DNA of 64,000 nucleotides from an uncultured Collinsella sp. (GCA_900551015.1 URUI01000001.1:400-64399), one strand, 5' to 3'. Positions 9,651-20,094 are shown, numbered from the stretch's first letter. Made by a program: numbers and translations. Notes: a model not told the origin generated them from the letters alone.

Positions 9651-9708
9651 GCGCGGCAACCTCCTGCTCACAGCAGCGTATATATTCCGGTAATTCTACC
9701 CGAGCGGC

Positions 9709-10941
9709 CTAAGCTAGATCCCAAAACAGCTCGAACAGAACATTTCCATCGAGCCAGCCCAGATGGGTCGGCGCCAGACGAGCTCGAACATGGCCCGCGA
9801 CGACATCTGCCGTAGTGAAGAGTCCCTCATGACCCCAGAGCGTCTCGGGCACCCAAGTGGCAAGATCCAATTCGAGCGCACGATCGCAGGCAGCTGCCAG
9901 CTCGCCCGTTGGGATGACGCAAGCTGCACGAGCCAACAGGTCGGACGCAACACCGCGCGTCATGCGACAAGCGAGCATCAAGTCTTCGGCGACAGCCTCG
10001 CGCTGCGACAGATATTCGGCCTCGAACGCCGTCGCGTCATCGTCGCGTTGCACCAGACGCACACGGTACGCATCGCCTCGAGCAGACACGCCGGGGAACA
10101 AACCTGCAAGACGGTCGAAATCCTCGGCATCGAGCATACCCGCGGCAGAACGACCCAGGCCCAGGTAGCCCCGTCCGGTCCAGTAGGCAATGTTATGGGC
10201 GCACTCATGGCCGTCGAGCGCATAGCTTGCCACCTCATAGGGGTGATAACCGGCCGCACCCAGGAGCTCGCGTGCCACGTCCATGCATGCGGCCTGAAAA
10301 TCCTCATCAGGCTCAAGCGACTCGTCGCGGCACGCCATGCGATAAAGGGGCGTCCCCTCCTCGAGCGTGAGCGGGTACACCGATACATGATGCGGCGCCG
10401 CCGCCAGCACGCCATCGAGCGTGCTCCGCCAGCTTGCGGCCGTCTGCCCGGGAAGGCCGCACATCAGGTCGCACGACACATCGAGGCCAGCGTCCTTCAC
10501 CGTCGCGATAGCCGCAAGTGCCCGATTAGCATCGTGAATGCGGCCAATAGCAGCCAGCTCGGTATTGTCGAGGGTTTGCACGCCCAGAGAGATGCGCGTG
10601 ACGCCCGCCTCGGCAAGCGCGGTGGCGAGCTCAGCAGTCAGCGACTCGGGATTGGCCTCGCAGGTAAACTCAACGGGCTTGCACCACATGGAGATACGAC
10701 GGGCAAGTTCTACCAGGCGCTCCCCTGCCAGCGACGGCGTGCCGCCGCCTACGTAGACTGTGCGGATCTGCCTGAGTGCCCCAGCGTTGCCAAAGGCATC
10801 GAGCCGCGCATACAACTGCTCAAAATAGGCATTGAGCGCAGCGTCCAGGTCGCACGGGGCAAAGCTGCGCGAGTCAAAGTCGCAATAGCGGCATTTTTGA
10901 GCGCAAAACGGTACGTGCACATACAGTGCGGTAACGGCCAC
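9709..10941 (-). CDS. hemW: Radical-SAM heme chaperone HemW (HemN-like, oxygen-independent coproporphyrinogen oxidase family)
   Basis: It carries the motif CAQKCRYC and a HemN-like C-terminal domain. The position downstream of lepA matches the Firmicute lepA-hemN arrangement. Confidence 0.85.
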   Translation of the reverse strand: MAVTALYVHVPFCAQKCRYCDFDSRSFAPCDLDAALNAYFEQLYARLDAFGNAGALRQIRTVYVGGGTPSLAGERLVELARRISMWCKPVEFTCEANPESLTAELATALAEAGVTRISLGVQTLDNTELAAIGRIHDANRALAAIATVKDAGLDVSCDLMCGLPGQTAASWRSTLDGVLAAAPHHVSVYPLTLEEGTPLYRMACRDESLEPDEDFQAACMDVARELLGAAGYHPYEVASYALDGHECAHNIAYWTGRGYLGLGRSAAGMLDAEDFDRLAGLFPGVSARGDAYRVRLVQRDDDATAFEAEYLSQREAVAEDLMLACRMTRGVASDLLARAACVIPTGELAAACDRALELDLATWVPETLWGHEGLFTTADVVAGHVRARLAPTHLGWLDGNVLFELFWDLA

Positions 10942-10943
10942 CC

Positions 10944-11987
10944 TTAGGCCTCCAGCGGATGGGCGGGCACCGACTCGCCAGCTGCAAGTGCGGCCTCGCA
11001 GGCCACCACATCGCGCTCGATATCATCGACCAACGCCATGAACTCCTCGTATGTGGAGCAGCGCACCACCTGGGCGCGCCAGGCGGCAGCATGGGGCATG
11101 CCCTTGAGATACCAGCTTGCGTACGTACGGGCACGCGACATGAGCGGCAACAGCTCGTGCGTAAGCGTCAGGTGCTCGCGCAGGGCATCCAGACGCTCGA
11201 CCGAGGTGCGAGACGGCACCGGCGTGGCGTCGAACGCAAGGGCGCGAGCATCGCCGAACACCCAAGGATTGCCATAGATACCGCGCGCGATAAACACGGC
11301 ACGGGCGTCGGAGCTGCGCAGACGCTCCGCCGCATCCTCAGCCGAGAACACATCGCCCGAACCGATCACGGGAATCTCAACGGCGTCGGCAACCTCATCG
11401 ACGACCGACCAATCGGCCTGGCCCGTATAGAGCTGCGTGGCGCAGCGGCCATGCACCGCCACCGCGGCGGCACCGGCGCCTTCGAGCATCTGGGCAAACG
11501 TCGCGGCATTACGGTCCTCAGCATAAAAGCCCTTGCGAATCTTGACGGTCACGGGCACGTGCGCCGCGCCCACCGTCGCCTCGACGATCTTCTCCGCCAG
11601 GTCGGGCGTGCGCATGAGCGCCGAGCCCTCGCCCTTGGTAACGACCTTGCGGGCGGGACATGCCATATTGATATCGATGAGCGACAGGCGATCGCCAACG
11701 CGCTCCTCGACGGCGGCGACGGCACTCGCAAATTGATCGGGCTTGGAGCCAAAGAGCTGCACGCAAATCTGCTGCTCCTCGTCGGCCGGCAGCACCAGGC
11801 GCCACGTTTTGTTGCTGGCATAGGCAAGGCCTGCCACGCTCACCATCTCGCTGTAGGCAAGGTTGGCACCGCGGCGGCGGCACATGATGCGGTAGGCAGG
11901 GTCGGTCACACCCGCCATGGGAGCCATAAGGAACGGCTGCTCGGCATAGGCGCCCAGCAGCCGCTTGCTGTATTCAGAAAGCACCAT
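10944..11987 (-). CDS. dus: tRNA-dihydrouridine synthase
   Basis: A TIM-barrel Dus family fold with PMAGVTD, the conserved Cys region INMACP and KIRKG. Confidence 0.85.
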   Translation of the reverse strand: MVLSEYSKRLLGAYAEQPFLMAPMAGVTDPAYRIMCRRRGANLAYSEMVSVAGLAYASNKTWRLVLPADEEQQICVQLFGSKPDQFASAVAAVEERVGDRLSLIDINMACPARKVVTKGEGSALMRTPDLAEKIVEATVGAAHVPVTVKIRKGFYAEDRNAATFAQMLEGAGAAAVAVHGRCATQLYTGQADWSVVDEVADAVEIPVIGSGDVFSAEDAAERLRSSDARAVFIARGIYGNPWVFGDARALAFDATPVPSRTSVERLDALREHLTLTHELLPLMSRARTYASWYLKGMPHAAAWRAQVVRCSTYEEFMALVDDIERDVVACEAALAAGESVPAHPLEA

Positions 11988-11991
11988 AGAC

Positions 11992-13803
11992 CTACTCGTC
12001 CACCTTGAGGATCGCCATAAAGGCCTCCTGCGGGACCTCGACCGATCCGATGGCCTTCATGCGCTTCTTGCCCTCTTTCTGCTTCTCGAGCAGCTTGCGC
12101 TTACGCGAGATATCGCCGCCGTAGCACTTGGCAAGTACGTCCTTGCGACGCGCCTTGACGGTGGAGCGGGCAATAATCTTGTTGCCGATAGCACCCTGGA
12201 TGGGCACCTCGAACAGCTGACGCGGGATGATCTCCTTAAGCTTGTCGCACAGGCCACGGGCCAGGCCATAGGCCTTGTCCTTGTGGACGATAAACGACAG
12301 CGCGTCCACCTCATCGCCCGAAAGCAAGATATCGAGCTTAACGAGCTCGGAGGGACGGTACTCGTTGAACTCGTAGTCGAGCGAGGCATAACCCTTGGTA
12401 CGGCTCTTGAGCTGGTCAAAGAAGTCCAAGATGAGCTCGGCGAGCGGCATATCGAAGCGCATCTCGACCGATTTGCTCGTGAGGTGGATCATGTCGGTCG
12501 TGACGCCGCGGTGCTCGATGGCGAGCTGCATGACGGCACCCGTGTACTCAGGCGGGCAGATGATCTTTGCCTTGAGGTAGGGTTCCTCGATACGCTCGAT
12601 GCGCGTGGCCTCGGGAAGGTCCTGCGGACTGCGGACATCGATCATCTCGCCGTCGGTCTTGTAGACGTGATAGTCGACCGAGGGGCTCGTGGCAATGAGG
12701 TCCAGGTTGAATTCGCGCTCCAGGCGTTCCTTGACGACTTCCATGTGTAGCAGGCCCAAGAAGCCCACGCGGAAGCCAAAGCCGAGCGCCACCGAGGTCT
12801 CGGGCTCCCACACCAACGATGGGTCGTTAACGTGCAGCTTATCGAGCGCGTCACGCAGGTTCTCGTAGTCCTTGTTATCGATTGGGAACAGGCCCGTATA
12901 GACCATGGGCTTGGCCTCGCGGTAACCCGGAAGCGGCTCGGGGCAGGGGTTCGACGCCCAGGTAAGGGTGTCGCCCACGCGAACGGCCTCGGGGTCCTTC
13001 AGGCCCGTGACCACATAGCCGACCTCGCCAACCGTCAGCGCGTCAACCGGGGTCTCGGCAGGACGCTTGACACCCACGCCGTCGACCAAAAAGTCGCCCT
13101 CTGCCTGCATCATGCGCAGGGTATCGCCCTTTTTGATGGAGCCGTCAAAGACGCGCACCGTGGCGACGACGCCACGATACTCGTCGAAGTACGAATCCAG
13201 AATAAGTGCCTTGAGAGGGGCATTTGCATCGCCCTTGGGAGGCGAGATCAAAAAGACAATGGACTCCAGCAGATCATGGATGCCCTCGCCGGTCTTGCCC
13301 GAGACACACACGGCATCATCGGCAGGAATCGCCAGGTCATCCTCGATCTCGGTCTTAACCTCATCGGGATGGGCAGAGGGCAGGTCGATCTTGTTGATGG
13401 CCGGCACAATGTCCAGATTGGCGTTCATGGCGAGCGTCGCGTTGGAGACGGTCTGCGCCTCGACGCCCTGCGTGGCGTCGACAACGAGCACCGCGCCCTC
13501 ACAGGCTGCCAGCGAGCGCGAGACCTCATAGGTAAAGTCAACGTGGCCCGGCGTATCGATCAGATTGAACTGATACGTCTCGCCATCGTCGGCGTCATAG
13601 GACACGCGAACGGCATTGGACTTGATCGTGATGCCGCGCTCGCGCTCGATATCCATGGTGTCGAGCAGCTGCGACTCCATGTCGCGTTCGTCGACGGTAT
13701 GGGTGAGCTCGAGGATGCGATCGCTGATCGTGGACTTGCCATGGTCGATGTGCGCAACGATTGAGAAGTTGCGGATGTGGGAAATGTCAATTGAAGTATT
13801 CAT
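11992..13803 (-). CDS. lepA: Elongation factor 4 (LepA)
   Basis: [29 protein letters not shown]... is a classic LepA. The ATG at 13803 was verified directly in the sequence. The track ORF extends 20 codons upstream. Confidence 0.93.
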   Translation of the reverse strand: MNTSIDISHIRNFSIVAHIDHGKSTISDRILELTHTVDERDMESQLLDTMDIERERGITIKSNAVRVSYDADDGETYQFNLIDTPGHVDFTYEVSRSLAACEGAVLVVDATQGVEAQTVSNATLAMNANLDIVPAINKIDLPSAHPDEVKTEIEDDLAIPADDAVCVSGKTGEGIHDLLESIVFLISPPKGDANAPLKALILDSYFDEYRGVVATVRVFDGSIKKGDTLRMMQAEGDFLVDGVGVKRPAETPVDALTVGEVGYVVTGLKDPEAVRVGDTLTWASNPCPEPLPGYREAKPMVYTGLFPIDNKDYENLRDALDKLHVNDPSLVWEPETSVALGFGFRVGFLGLLHMEVVKERLEREFNLDLIATSPSVDYHVYKTDGEMIDVRSPQDLPEATRIERIEEPYLKAKIICPPEYTGAVMQLAIEHRGVTTDMIHLTSKSVEMRFDMPLAELILDFFDQLKSRTKGYASLDYEFNEYRPSELVKLDILLSGDEVDALSFIVHKDKAYGLARGLCDKLKEIIPRQLFEVPIQGAIGNKIIARSTVKARRKDVLAKCYGGDISRKRKLLEKQKEGKKRMKAIGSVEVPQEAFMAILKVDE

Positions 13804-13824
13804 GCGGACTATCTTACCCGAGCG

Positions 13825-13864
13825 GTACAAAAAATGGAGCCTGTTCCATAAAACAGGCTCCATT
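13825..13864 (-). terminator. Rho-independent terminator after rpsT
   Basis: The minus-strand RNA reads AUGGAGCCUGUU-UUAU-GGAACAGGCUCCAU followed by UUUUUUG: a ~13-bp perfect stem. Confidence 0.75.
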
Positions 13865-13899
13865 TATGCGCGCAATCTGTGTGGTGTGAAATTTACAAC

Positions 13900-14166
13900 T
13901 TAGGCGTTGATGCTGTTCACGAGCTTGGCAAGACCGGACTTGCGGTTGGAAGCCTGGTTCTTGTGGATAACATGCTTGGCGGCAGCCATATCGAGACGCT
14001 TGGTGACGGTCTTGAGGGCAGCCTGGGCCTTCTCGGCGTCGCCCTCGGCGACGGCAGACTGGACGTGCTTGGTCAGCGTCTTGAGCTCGGACTTGACAGC
14101 CTTGTTACGCATGCGAGCTGCCTCATTGGTGCGGATACGCTTCTTCTGAGACTTGATGTTTGCCAC
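13900..14166 (-). CDS. rpsT: 30S ribosomal protein S20
   Basis: [30 protein letters not shown]... I chose the GTG start with an AAAGGAA RBS. The track ORF extends 23 codons upstream. Confidence 0.9.
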   Translation of the reverse strand: MANIKSQKKRIRTNEAARMRNKAVKSELKTLTKHVQSAVAEGDAEKAQAALKTVTKRLDMAAAKHVIHKNQASNRKSGLAKLVNSINA

Positions 14167-14241
14167 TTCTGGAGTTCCTTTCGAGTTCCTTGCAAAAAAT
14201 GTATGACACCTCTGAGACACGGTGAGGTCATGCAAGCGCCT

Positions 14242-14275
14242 ACTATAGCACGCTCCCCCTCAAAGGGATAGAACG
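14242..14275 (-). promoter_or_regulatory. Putative rpsT promoter with an extended -10 (TGCTATAGT)
   Basis: The minus-strand sequence GCGTGCTATAGTAGG lies ~85 nt upstream of the rpsT start. Confidence 0.3.
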
Positions 14276-14299
14276 AATTTGTCAAATAGGCAGGTATCA

Positions 14300-15262
14300 T
14301 CACGATTTTCTCAAGATGTTCGTAATCCAGAGCAAAAGCGCGGTCTGAGAATCGGCCGAACCCTTCAGCGCGAGCTCCACATCGACCGCGCCCTCGAGCG
14401 CGGCAACGAGCTCTGCCATCGAAAAGCGACGTGCCCAGGTCAGGTGATTCTTGACCTGCCAGGACTGGAGCTTAAGTGTTGCGGCCAGCTCACGACCCTG
14501 TCCGCGCGCCTCGAGCGCCTTGGCAACGATAAGCTCGCGGATGCGGCCGCACAGCAATGTGTAAGTCCACACATAGCTCTTGGCGGGCAGTAGATTGAAG
14601 AGCTCGAGCGAGCGTCGCATGTCACGGGCCGAGACCGCATTGAGAAAGTCCCAGGGTTGAACCTCGGCCGTACGGACAATCCAGCGCTCAACGTCGGCAA
14701 GCTCAATCTGGGGCGCCTCGACCATCTGGGCAAGCTTAGCCAAGTCGTTATCGAGCATGCGCGTGTTTTCGCCCGAACGCGAGACGAGCTCCTCGGCGGC
14801 CGCCGTCGAAATCGACTTACCGCGCTGCGTCGCCATCTGCTGAACACGGCGCGGCAGTTCCCAGCGCTTGGTACCCGAGCAATCGACGATAGCCTTCTTG
14901 TCGATCTTGGCGATTGCCTTATACAGGCGCGTATTCTTGGCAAGTGAGTCGGCGATGATGAGGCAGACCGTAGTGGGGCTGGGACTCGCCAGATACCCAA
15001 CGAGCGGCTCCGAGACCGCCTTGGCGAGCTTTGAGCAGCCATCGAGGATTACCAGACGAAACTCGCTGCCCATCGGAAAGGTGTTAAGCGATCCGATAAT
15101 GGACTCGATATCGGGGTCCTTGGTCATGTCTCGCTCGTCGAGGTTGAACTCGACCATACCCGACTTTTCCAGACGCGCTTTCATACGCGAGACGGCGTGA
15201 TCGCGCTTAACTCCGTCGGTACCGACGATCAGATATGCCGGCAGCAAACCGGTTTCGGACAT
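14300..15262 (-). CDS. holA: DNA polymerase III delta subunit
   Basis: A HolA-like AAA+ N-terminus (AYLIVGTD) and C-terminal domain. The position upstream of rpsT and downstream of comEC is as in Firmicutes. I chose the ATG at 15262 with a GGGAGGGGAG RBS. Confidence 0.8.
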   Translation of the reverse strand: MSETGLLPAYLIVGTDGVKRDHAVSRMKARLEKSGMVEFNLDERDMTKDPDIESIIGSLNTFPMGSEFRLVILDGCSKLAKAVSEPLVGYLASPSPTTVCLIIADSLAKNTRLYKAIAKIDKKAIVDCSGTKRWELPRRVQQMATQRGKSISTAAAEELVSRSGENTRMLDNDLAKLAQMVEAPQIELADVERWIVRTAEVQPWDFLNAVSARDMRRSLELFNLLPAKSYVWTYTLLCGRIRELIVAKALEARGQGRELAATLKLQSWQVKNHLTWARRFSMAELVAALEGAVDVELALKGSADSQTALLLWITNILRKS

Positions 15263-15340
15263 TGCGCTCCCCTCCCGCAGGCCTTCGCATTCGTTCCGTG
15301 CCATTCTAGCCCAGGGGCCCACCACACGCCAACGACGTCG

Positions 15341-17656
15341 TCACGGTCGCTGGCATCGCATCACAAAGCCATTCGCAGTCGGTGCGACGGTAATGTCGCC
15401 GTGTTCGATGGTACACGCGAACACACCACCCGCTTCCTTAACGGCATCGATGCAGGCATCGGACGGATGGCCGTATCGATTCCCCTCACCGGCGCTTGCG
15501 AGGGAAAGCTCGGGCTTCAGGACGTCCAGCAACTCACCATCGACTGAAACCTTGGAGCCGTGATGCCCAAGTTTAAGTACATCGATATCCCCCACCTCCT
15601 GCACGAATTCCCGTTCTTGGTCGAGCTCGGCATCACCGGTGAGAAGTATTCGCAGGCCCTTACCTTCCTGAACATAAGAGAGCAGCAGGACAAGCGAGTC
15701 CTCATTTCCCTCGCCATCCACGGACTCGAATGGCCACATCACGCGGGCGCAAAATGAGCCGATGTCGACCGTATCCCCACGGCGCACCTGCCGATACTCC
15801 ACGCCGGGTCGGTTCAATACCTCGGCAGGAGCATCCTCCAGCGCATCCGCCGCCACGGCAATCGTTCCGACCGAAAACTGTTCGAGCACGGCAGGCAAAC
15901 CACCCCAGTGGTCCTCATCCCAATGCGTCACAAAGACGGCATCGATATGGTGCACGTTATTGCGAACCAACGCCGCCACCACGCGCTCGTCGAGCCCGCA
16001 GTCGACGAGAGCTACTGCGCCGCCTTGGCGGATAAGAATCGCATCGGCCTGGCCCACATCGAGCACCGTCACCGAAGGCGGAGCGAATCGATCCCAATAG
16101 ACGTACGGAATCGCAGCCAAGAGCATCAGGCATGCAAGCCCCGCCGCCATAGGACGTGCACGGGGACGCGGCCACCAGACCAGCAGAACCGCCAGAAAAC
16201 ACGGCAATAGGTAAATCCACATGCTATCGGGCGGCACGCTCACGTATGCACCCGGCACGGCGGCAAACAGCTGCTCGAAGAACAGCGCGCAACGGGCGGC
16301 AATCATGGGCACAACGAGCGCCCAAGTCCGCAACGGTCCCACGAGCGAAAAGGGAGCCAGCACGATCGACACAGCGAGCAGAACGCTCACCACCGGACCG
16401 ATGACCGCATTTGACAACGGAGCAATGAGCGAGAATGTACCGAAGGCAGGAATGGTAATGGGAAGTGTCGCCAGTTGCGAGCACAGCGTGACGGAAAACA
16501 CGCTGGCAACGCCCGATGGCACACCCAGCTCACCCAAAGCATAGGTCGCATAGGGGCAAAAGCACAGAATGGCTAAGACGCTGGCACATGATAGCTGAAA
16601 GCCCATCTCGAACAGCACCGTCGGCCGCAGTAGCACAAAGATGGACATGGTTACGAAGAGTGCCGAAAGGCCGTGCCGACGACGCCCCGCGTCGTTTACG
16701 ACAAGCGTCACGAACACCATGCAGCACGCGCGCACGGCCGAGGGAGACGCGCCCGTAAATGCAGTGTAGCCCACAAGCGTTATCGCCAATATCGCCCGCT
16801 GAAGACCACGTGAGCACCGAGTCTTTTGCAATACGCCCTCGATTACAAACCCCACGATAGCCAAATGGCTGCCCGAGACGGCGATAAGATGTGCCGTTCC
16901 CGTCACAGAAAACCAGTCGCCCGCCGGCTGGGCGCGCAGCTCGGCCGAACGACCGCAGACGACACCGGCTATGAGCGCACGCGCCGGGTCGGTCGCAGGC
17001 GCGATGGACGCAAGCAGCCCATTTCGCAGCCGAAGCAGCGGCCCCGGAGAACCCTCATCGACCGACACAATCCGAACGGCTTTAACCTTACGCACCTCGC
17101 CTCGGAGCACGCGCGATCGTCCATATGCATCGTTCTCAAAACGCGAAACGCGACCGATAACACGCACGTGCGCCCCGACCTTGAGCTCACGATCACACGA
17201 TAGGCGAACCGTTGCCAAGTTCTTACCGTCCGCGCGTGCCTCGCAGGTATAGGAATACACGTCGTCGTTTATGGATGGATCACCCTGCACGACAAACTCG
17301 AGGCCGCTTGCCGCTCGACCGTCGAGCGCCTTCGAGGCGCTGAGCACACCCACAGCCCACCACGCCGAGACGACCGCTCCCGCCACGAGACCGGTGGACG
17401 CGGCATACAGCCACCGCTTCAAAGGGGCAAGCCGCGCACAAGAGTGAGCCAGCACAACGAAAACCGCTGCCGCAACGGGAATGGCCCATAGCGGCCCGAC
17501 CGCCGTCGCCCGCTCCCTCAGCAGCGCATCAGCGGCTATGCTGAGCACCAAGGCGCAGCTCACGCACATGCCGGCACACAGGGCCATCGTCCACGGAATC
17601 AGGGGTCGCGGAGGCATCACGTGCTCGCGCTCGGTCGCGCTCATACGCAGATGCAA
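15341..17656 (-). CDS. comEC: DNA internalisation competence protein ComEC/Rec2 with a C-terminal metallo-beta-lactamase domain
   Basis: 771 aa. The competence domain is polytopic and is followed by an MBL motif (HWDEDHWGG...GHHGS). The start is uncertain: the annotated ORF overlaps the comEA stop by 16 nt. Confidence 0.85.
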   Translation of the reverse strand: MHLRMSATEREHVMPPRPLIPWTMALCAGMCVSCALVLSIAADALLRERATAVGPLWAIPVAAAVFVVLAHSCARLAPLKRWLYAASTGLVAGAVVSAWWAVGVLSASKALDGRAASGLEFVVQGDPSINDDVYSYTCEARADGKNLATVRLSCDRELKVGAHVRVIGRVSRFENDAYGRSRVLRGEVRKVKAVRIVSVDEGSPGPLLRLRNGLLASIAPATDPARALIAGVVCGRSAELRAQPAGDWFSVTGTAHLIAVSGSHLAIVGFVIEGVLQKTRCSRGLQRAILAITLVGYTAFTGASPSAVRACCMVFVTLVVNDAGRRRHGLSALFVTMSIFVLLRPTVLFEMGFQLSCASVLAILCFCPYATYALGELGVPSGVASVFSVTLCSQLATLPITIPAFGTFSLIAPLSNAVIGPVVSVLLAVSIVLAPFSLVGPLRTWALVVPMIAARCALFFEQLFAAVPGAYVSVPPDSMWIYLLPCFLAVLLVWWPRPRARPMAAGLACLMLLAAIPYVYWDRFAPPSVTVLDVGQADAILIRQGGAVALVDCGLDERVVAALVRNNVHHIDAVFVTHWDEDHWGGLPAVLEQFSVGTIAVAADALEDAPAEVLNRPGVEYRQVRRGDTVDIGSFCARVMWPFESVDGEGNEDSLVLLLSYVQEGKGLRILLTGDAELDQEREFVQEVGDIDVLKLGHHGSKVSVDGELLDVLKPELSLASAGEGNRYGHPSDACIDAVKEAGGVFACTIEHGDITVAPTANGFVMRCQRP

Positions 17657-18354
17657 TCTTTGATTTTGGCAAGCTTCTTCTCGCCGATTCCCGACACACG
17701 CATCAGATCGTCAACCGAGGCGAAAGCACCGTTCTTTGTCCGCTCATCGATAATCGACTGGGCCATGGAGGGGCCGATGCCCGAAAGCGTCTGCAGCTCT
17801 TCTGCGCTTGCCGTATTGATGTTTACTAGGCCTGTTGCGCCACTAACGCCCGACGATGCGGAAGTCCCACCATCAACACCGGCTTCCGCAATGGACGCCT
17901 GCTGCTCCCCTACCGTTGGAACGTGAATTTTTTGTCCATCAGTGACCTTGGATGCACGATTAAGCCCCGTAACGTCTGCTTCGGGCGCCAGCCCGCCGGC
18001 GGCATCAATCGCCTGAGCCACCCGCGCCCCGTCTTTGAGGCGATATACACCGGGTGACACCACGGCGCCATCAACATCGACATAGACCTCTGCCGCGGCA
18101 GACGCCTTAGGCGAAGAGCCTTCGGATGTCTTTCCGCTCGAAGCATCGCCGGATCCCGGCTCCACTAACGTGCCCGAACCATCAGTGCGCTCAAACGACA
18201 CACCGCCGGCACCGCCGCCAAGGTTCGCCATCGCCAGCCCACTCGCCATCGCAATGACGACCAGTATCGCCATCACCACTGCCTTATGACCGAGCAGTTT
18301 GCCCGCCCAGCGGTCCATCTTTTTGACTCGTTCGTGTTGTTCGCGCTGCGCCAT
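17641..18354 (-). CDS. comEA: Competence protein ComEA (membrane anchor plus helix-hairpin-helix DNA-binding domain)
   Basis: A TM segment is followed by a SLBB-like region and a C-terminal HhH motif (INTASAEELQTLSGIGPSMAQSII). I chose the ATG (MAQREQ) with a GGGAGG RBS. Confidence 0.8.
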   Translation of the reverse strand: MAQREQHERVKKMDRWAGKLLGHKAVVMAILVVIAMASGLAMANLGGGAGGVSFERTDGSGTLVEPGSGDASSGKTSEGSSPKASAAAEVYVDVDGAVVSPGVYRLKDGARVAQAIDAAGGLAPEADVTGLNRASKVTDGQKIHVPTVGEQQASIAEAGVDGGTSASSGVSGATGLVNINTASAEELQTLSGIGPSMAQSIIDERTKNGAFASVDDLMRVSGIGEKKLAKIKDCICV

Positions 18355-18521
18355 AGCAAAACCTCCCAACACCATCGTGTCAGGAAAGGAGCTCCACAAC
18401 AGCCACGCCCCAAAACCGGTTTTTGCGGTCAAACCAAAAACCGACCAAAACCTTGCACAAATCTGTCCATTTATTCAGGCACACGTCAGCAAATGAACGC
18501 TTAGCCGCAAAATGCCCAGAT

Positions 18522-18558
18522 AGCAAAAGACCGACGATGCAGGCGCATCGTCGGTCTA
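18522..18558 (-). terminator. Rho-independent terminator after thiI
   Basis: The minus-strand RNA reads AGACCGACGAUGC-GCCU-GCAUCGUCGGUCU followed by UUUUGCUAUCU: a 13-bp perfect stem 10 nt after the thiI stop. Confidence 0.8.
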
Positions 18559-18567
18559 TGCACAAAT

Positions 18568-19812
18568 TTACTCGTAATCTTGGTAAATCTCACGCGGAGC
18601 AAGCTCCGAATGTTTGCGTTTTAAGGTCTTAGGGGCCTTATATGTGTTGCTCTCGAAGTCGATGTACTCGGTCTGCTTGAGCAGGCGCTCAATCATCTCC
18701 TCGTGATCAAACAGTTCCCAGGCCTCATGCACGGCATCGAGTTTAGCGTGCGTCTCGGGTCGGCGCGGCATAAACAGCGTGCAGCAGTCGGGAGCGGCCT
18801 CAGTCGAGATATCGAACGTACCGATCTCCTCAGCACGCGCGATGATCTCCTGCTTGTCCGAACCGATGAGAGGACGGAACACGGGGATCTTCACGGCCTC
18901 GTTGACGGCCATGATGTTCTCAAGCGTTTGGGAGGCAACCTGCCCAAGCGATTCGCCCGTAACGATGGCCTTGGCGCCCTCGATGTGCGCAATGCGCTCG
19001 GCAACCGAATACATAATGCGACGATACATGATCACACGCAGGTTGCTGGGGCAGGTGACCGAAATCTCACGCTGGCAGTCGCCAAACGGCACCACGTACA
19101 GGCGGCCGATCTGGACACCCGGCTCAAGCGCACGGATGATGTCCTGCACCAAATACTCGCTCGTATCAGGCGTCTGCGGACGACCGGAGAAATGCACCGG
19201 CACGCACACCGCGCCGCGACGCGCGAGCATCCAGGTCGCCACCGGAGAATCGATACCCGACGACAGCAGCGTCACGACCTTGTCGGCAGAACCCACCGGC
19301 AGACCGCCCACGCCGCGCTCGGAGCGCGCATACACGTAGACACTACCCTGAACCACCAGAACGTGCACCATCGCGTCGGGGTCGTGCATCTGAACCTTTT
19401 TATCGGGGAAGGCCTCACACAGTACCTCGCCCACCTGACGATTGATATCGATCGAGGTGAGCTCATAGTCAGTATTGGAGCGCTTGGCGTGCACCTTAAA
19501 CGAATCGAAGGAACCAAACTCGCGCAGCGCCTTCACGGCGGCGGCGCAGTACTCCTGCGGGTCGCGGTTGGTGTGATACGCCAAAGACACACGGGCAACG
19601 CCGGGAACGGTGCGAATGACACGCGCCGCCTCGTCGGCCTGATGTTCGTTAAAGGTCACGAGGATATAACCGGAAATTCGAGACACGGCATTCACGGAAA
19701 AGGCGGCCAAGGCCGCCTTGATGTTATCCATGAGGATATGCTCAAAATGTGCGCGGTTCTTGCCCTTCAGCCCAACCTCGTGATAGTGGACTAGGCAGAC
19801 GCGAGCCGCCAT
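18568..19812 (-). CDS. thiI: tRNA 4-thiouridine(8) synthase ThiI
   Basis: A THUMP-like N-terminus and the PP-loop LSSGIDSP. 414 aa. Confidence 0.85.
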   Translation of the reverse strand: MAARVCLVHYHEVGLKGKNRAHFEHILMDNIKAALAAFSVNAVSRISGYILVTFNEHQADEAARVIRTVPGVARVSLAYHTNRDPQEYCAAAVKALREFGSFDSFKVHAKRSNTDYELTSIDINRQVGEVLCEAFPDKKVQMHDPDAMVHVLVVQGSVYVYARSERGVGGLPVGSADKVVTLLSSGIDSPVATWMLARRGAVCVPVHFSGRPQTPDTSEYLVQDIIRALEPGVQIGRLYVVPFGDCQREISVTCPSNLRVIMYRRIMYSVAERIAHIEGAKAIVTGESLGQVASQTLENIMAVNEAVKIPVFRPLIGSDKQEIIARAEEIGTFDISTEAAPDCCTLFMPRRPETHAKLDAVHEAWELFDHEEMIERLLKQTEYIDFESNTYKAPKTLKRKHSELAPREIYQDYE

Positions 19813-20094
19813 TTAGGCTTCAGCAACCTTGTGGCCGAGCGCCTTCTCGTAACGGGCCTCGTCGTAAGAGATGTCACCGTCGACAATCTCGTCCATAGCC
19901 ATCGAGATGGTATCGGCACCGGAAAGCCCGATGGTGATGTCATCGACATCCTGGACGGCAAGCACGCGGTTGTGCTGGCCACGCAGCATGCTATTGATGT
20001 CGCAGGCGCGCTTGGAGGCAAGCGAAGCGAGCAGGAAGCGGTTGTGATCGGTCTTCTCCAGAAGATCGTCAATGCAAGGCTTTACAACGGACAC
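19813..20094 (-). CDS. rpoZ: DNA-directed RNA polymerase omega subunit
   Basis: 93 aa, MSVVKPCIDDLLEKTDHNRFLLASLASKRACDIN... The position after gmk is conserved. Confidence 0.85.
   Translation of the reverse strand: MSVVKPCIDDLLEKTDHNRFLLASLASKRACDINSMLRGQHNRVLAVQDVDDITIGLSGADTISMAMDEIVDGDISYDEARYEKALGHKVAEA

Noticed and set aside
8466-9708. Looked for CIRCE (HrcA) or HAIR (HspR) heat-shock operators upstream of the two dnaJ genes
   Set aside because: Neither TTAGCACTC-N9-GAGTGCTAA nor CTTGAGT-N7-ACTCAAG, nor close variants, is present in the 80-bp and 58-bp spacers.
18380-18565. 61-aa Cys-rich minus-strand ORF in the thiI-comEA spacer
   Set aside because: It starts 3 nt after the thiI stop and runs straight through the thiI terminator hairpin. 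It has no RBS and no recognisable features, so it is most likely a chance ORF.
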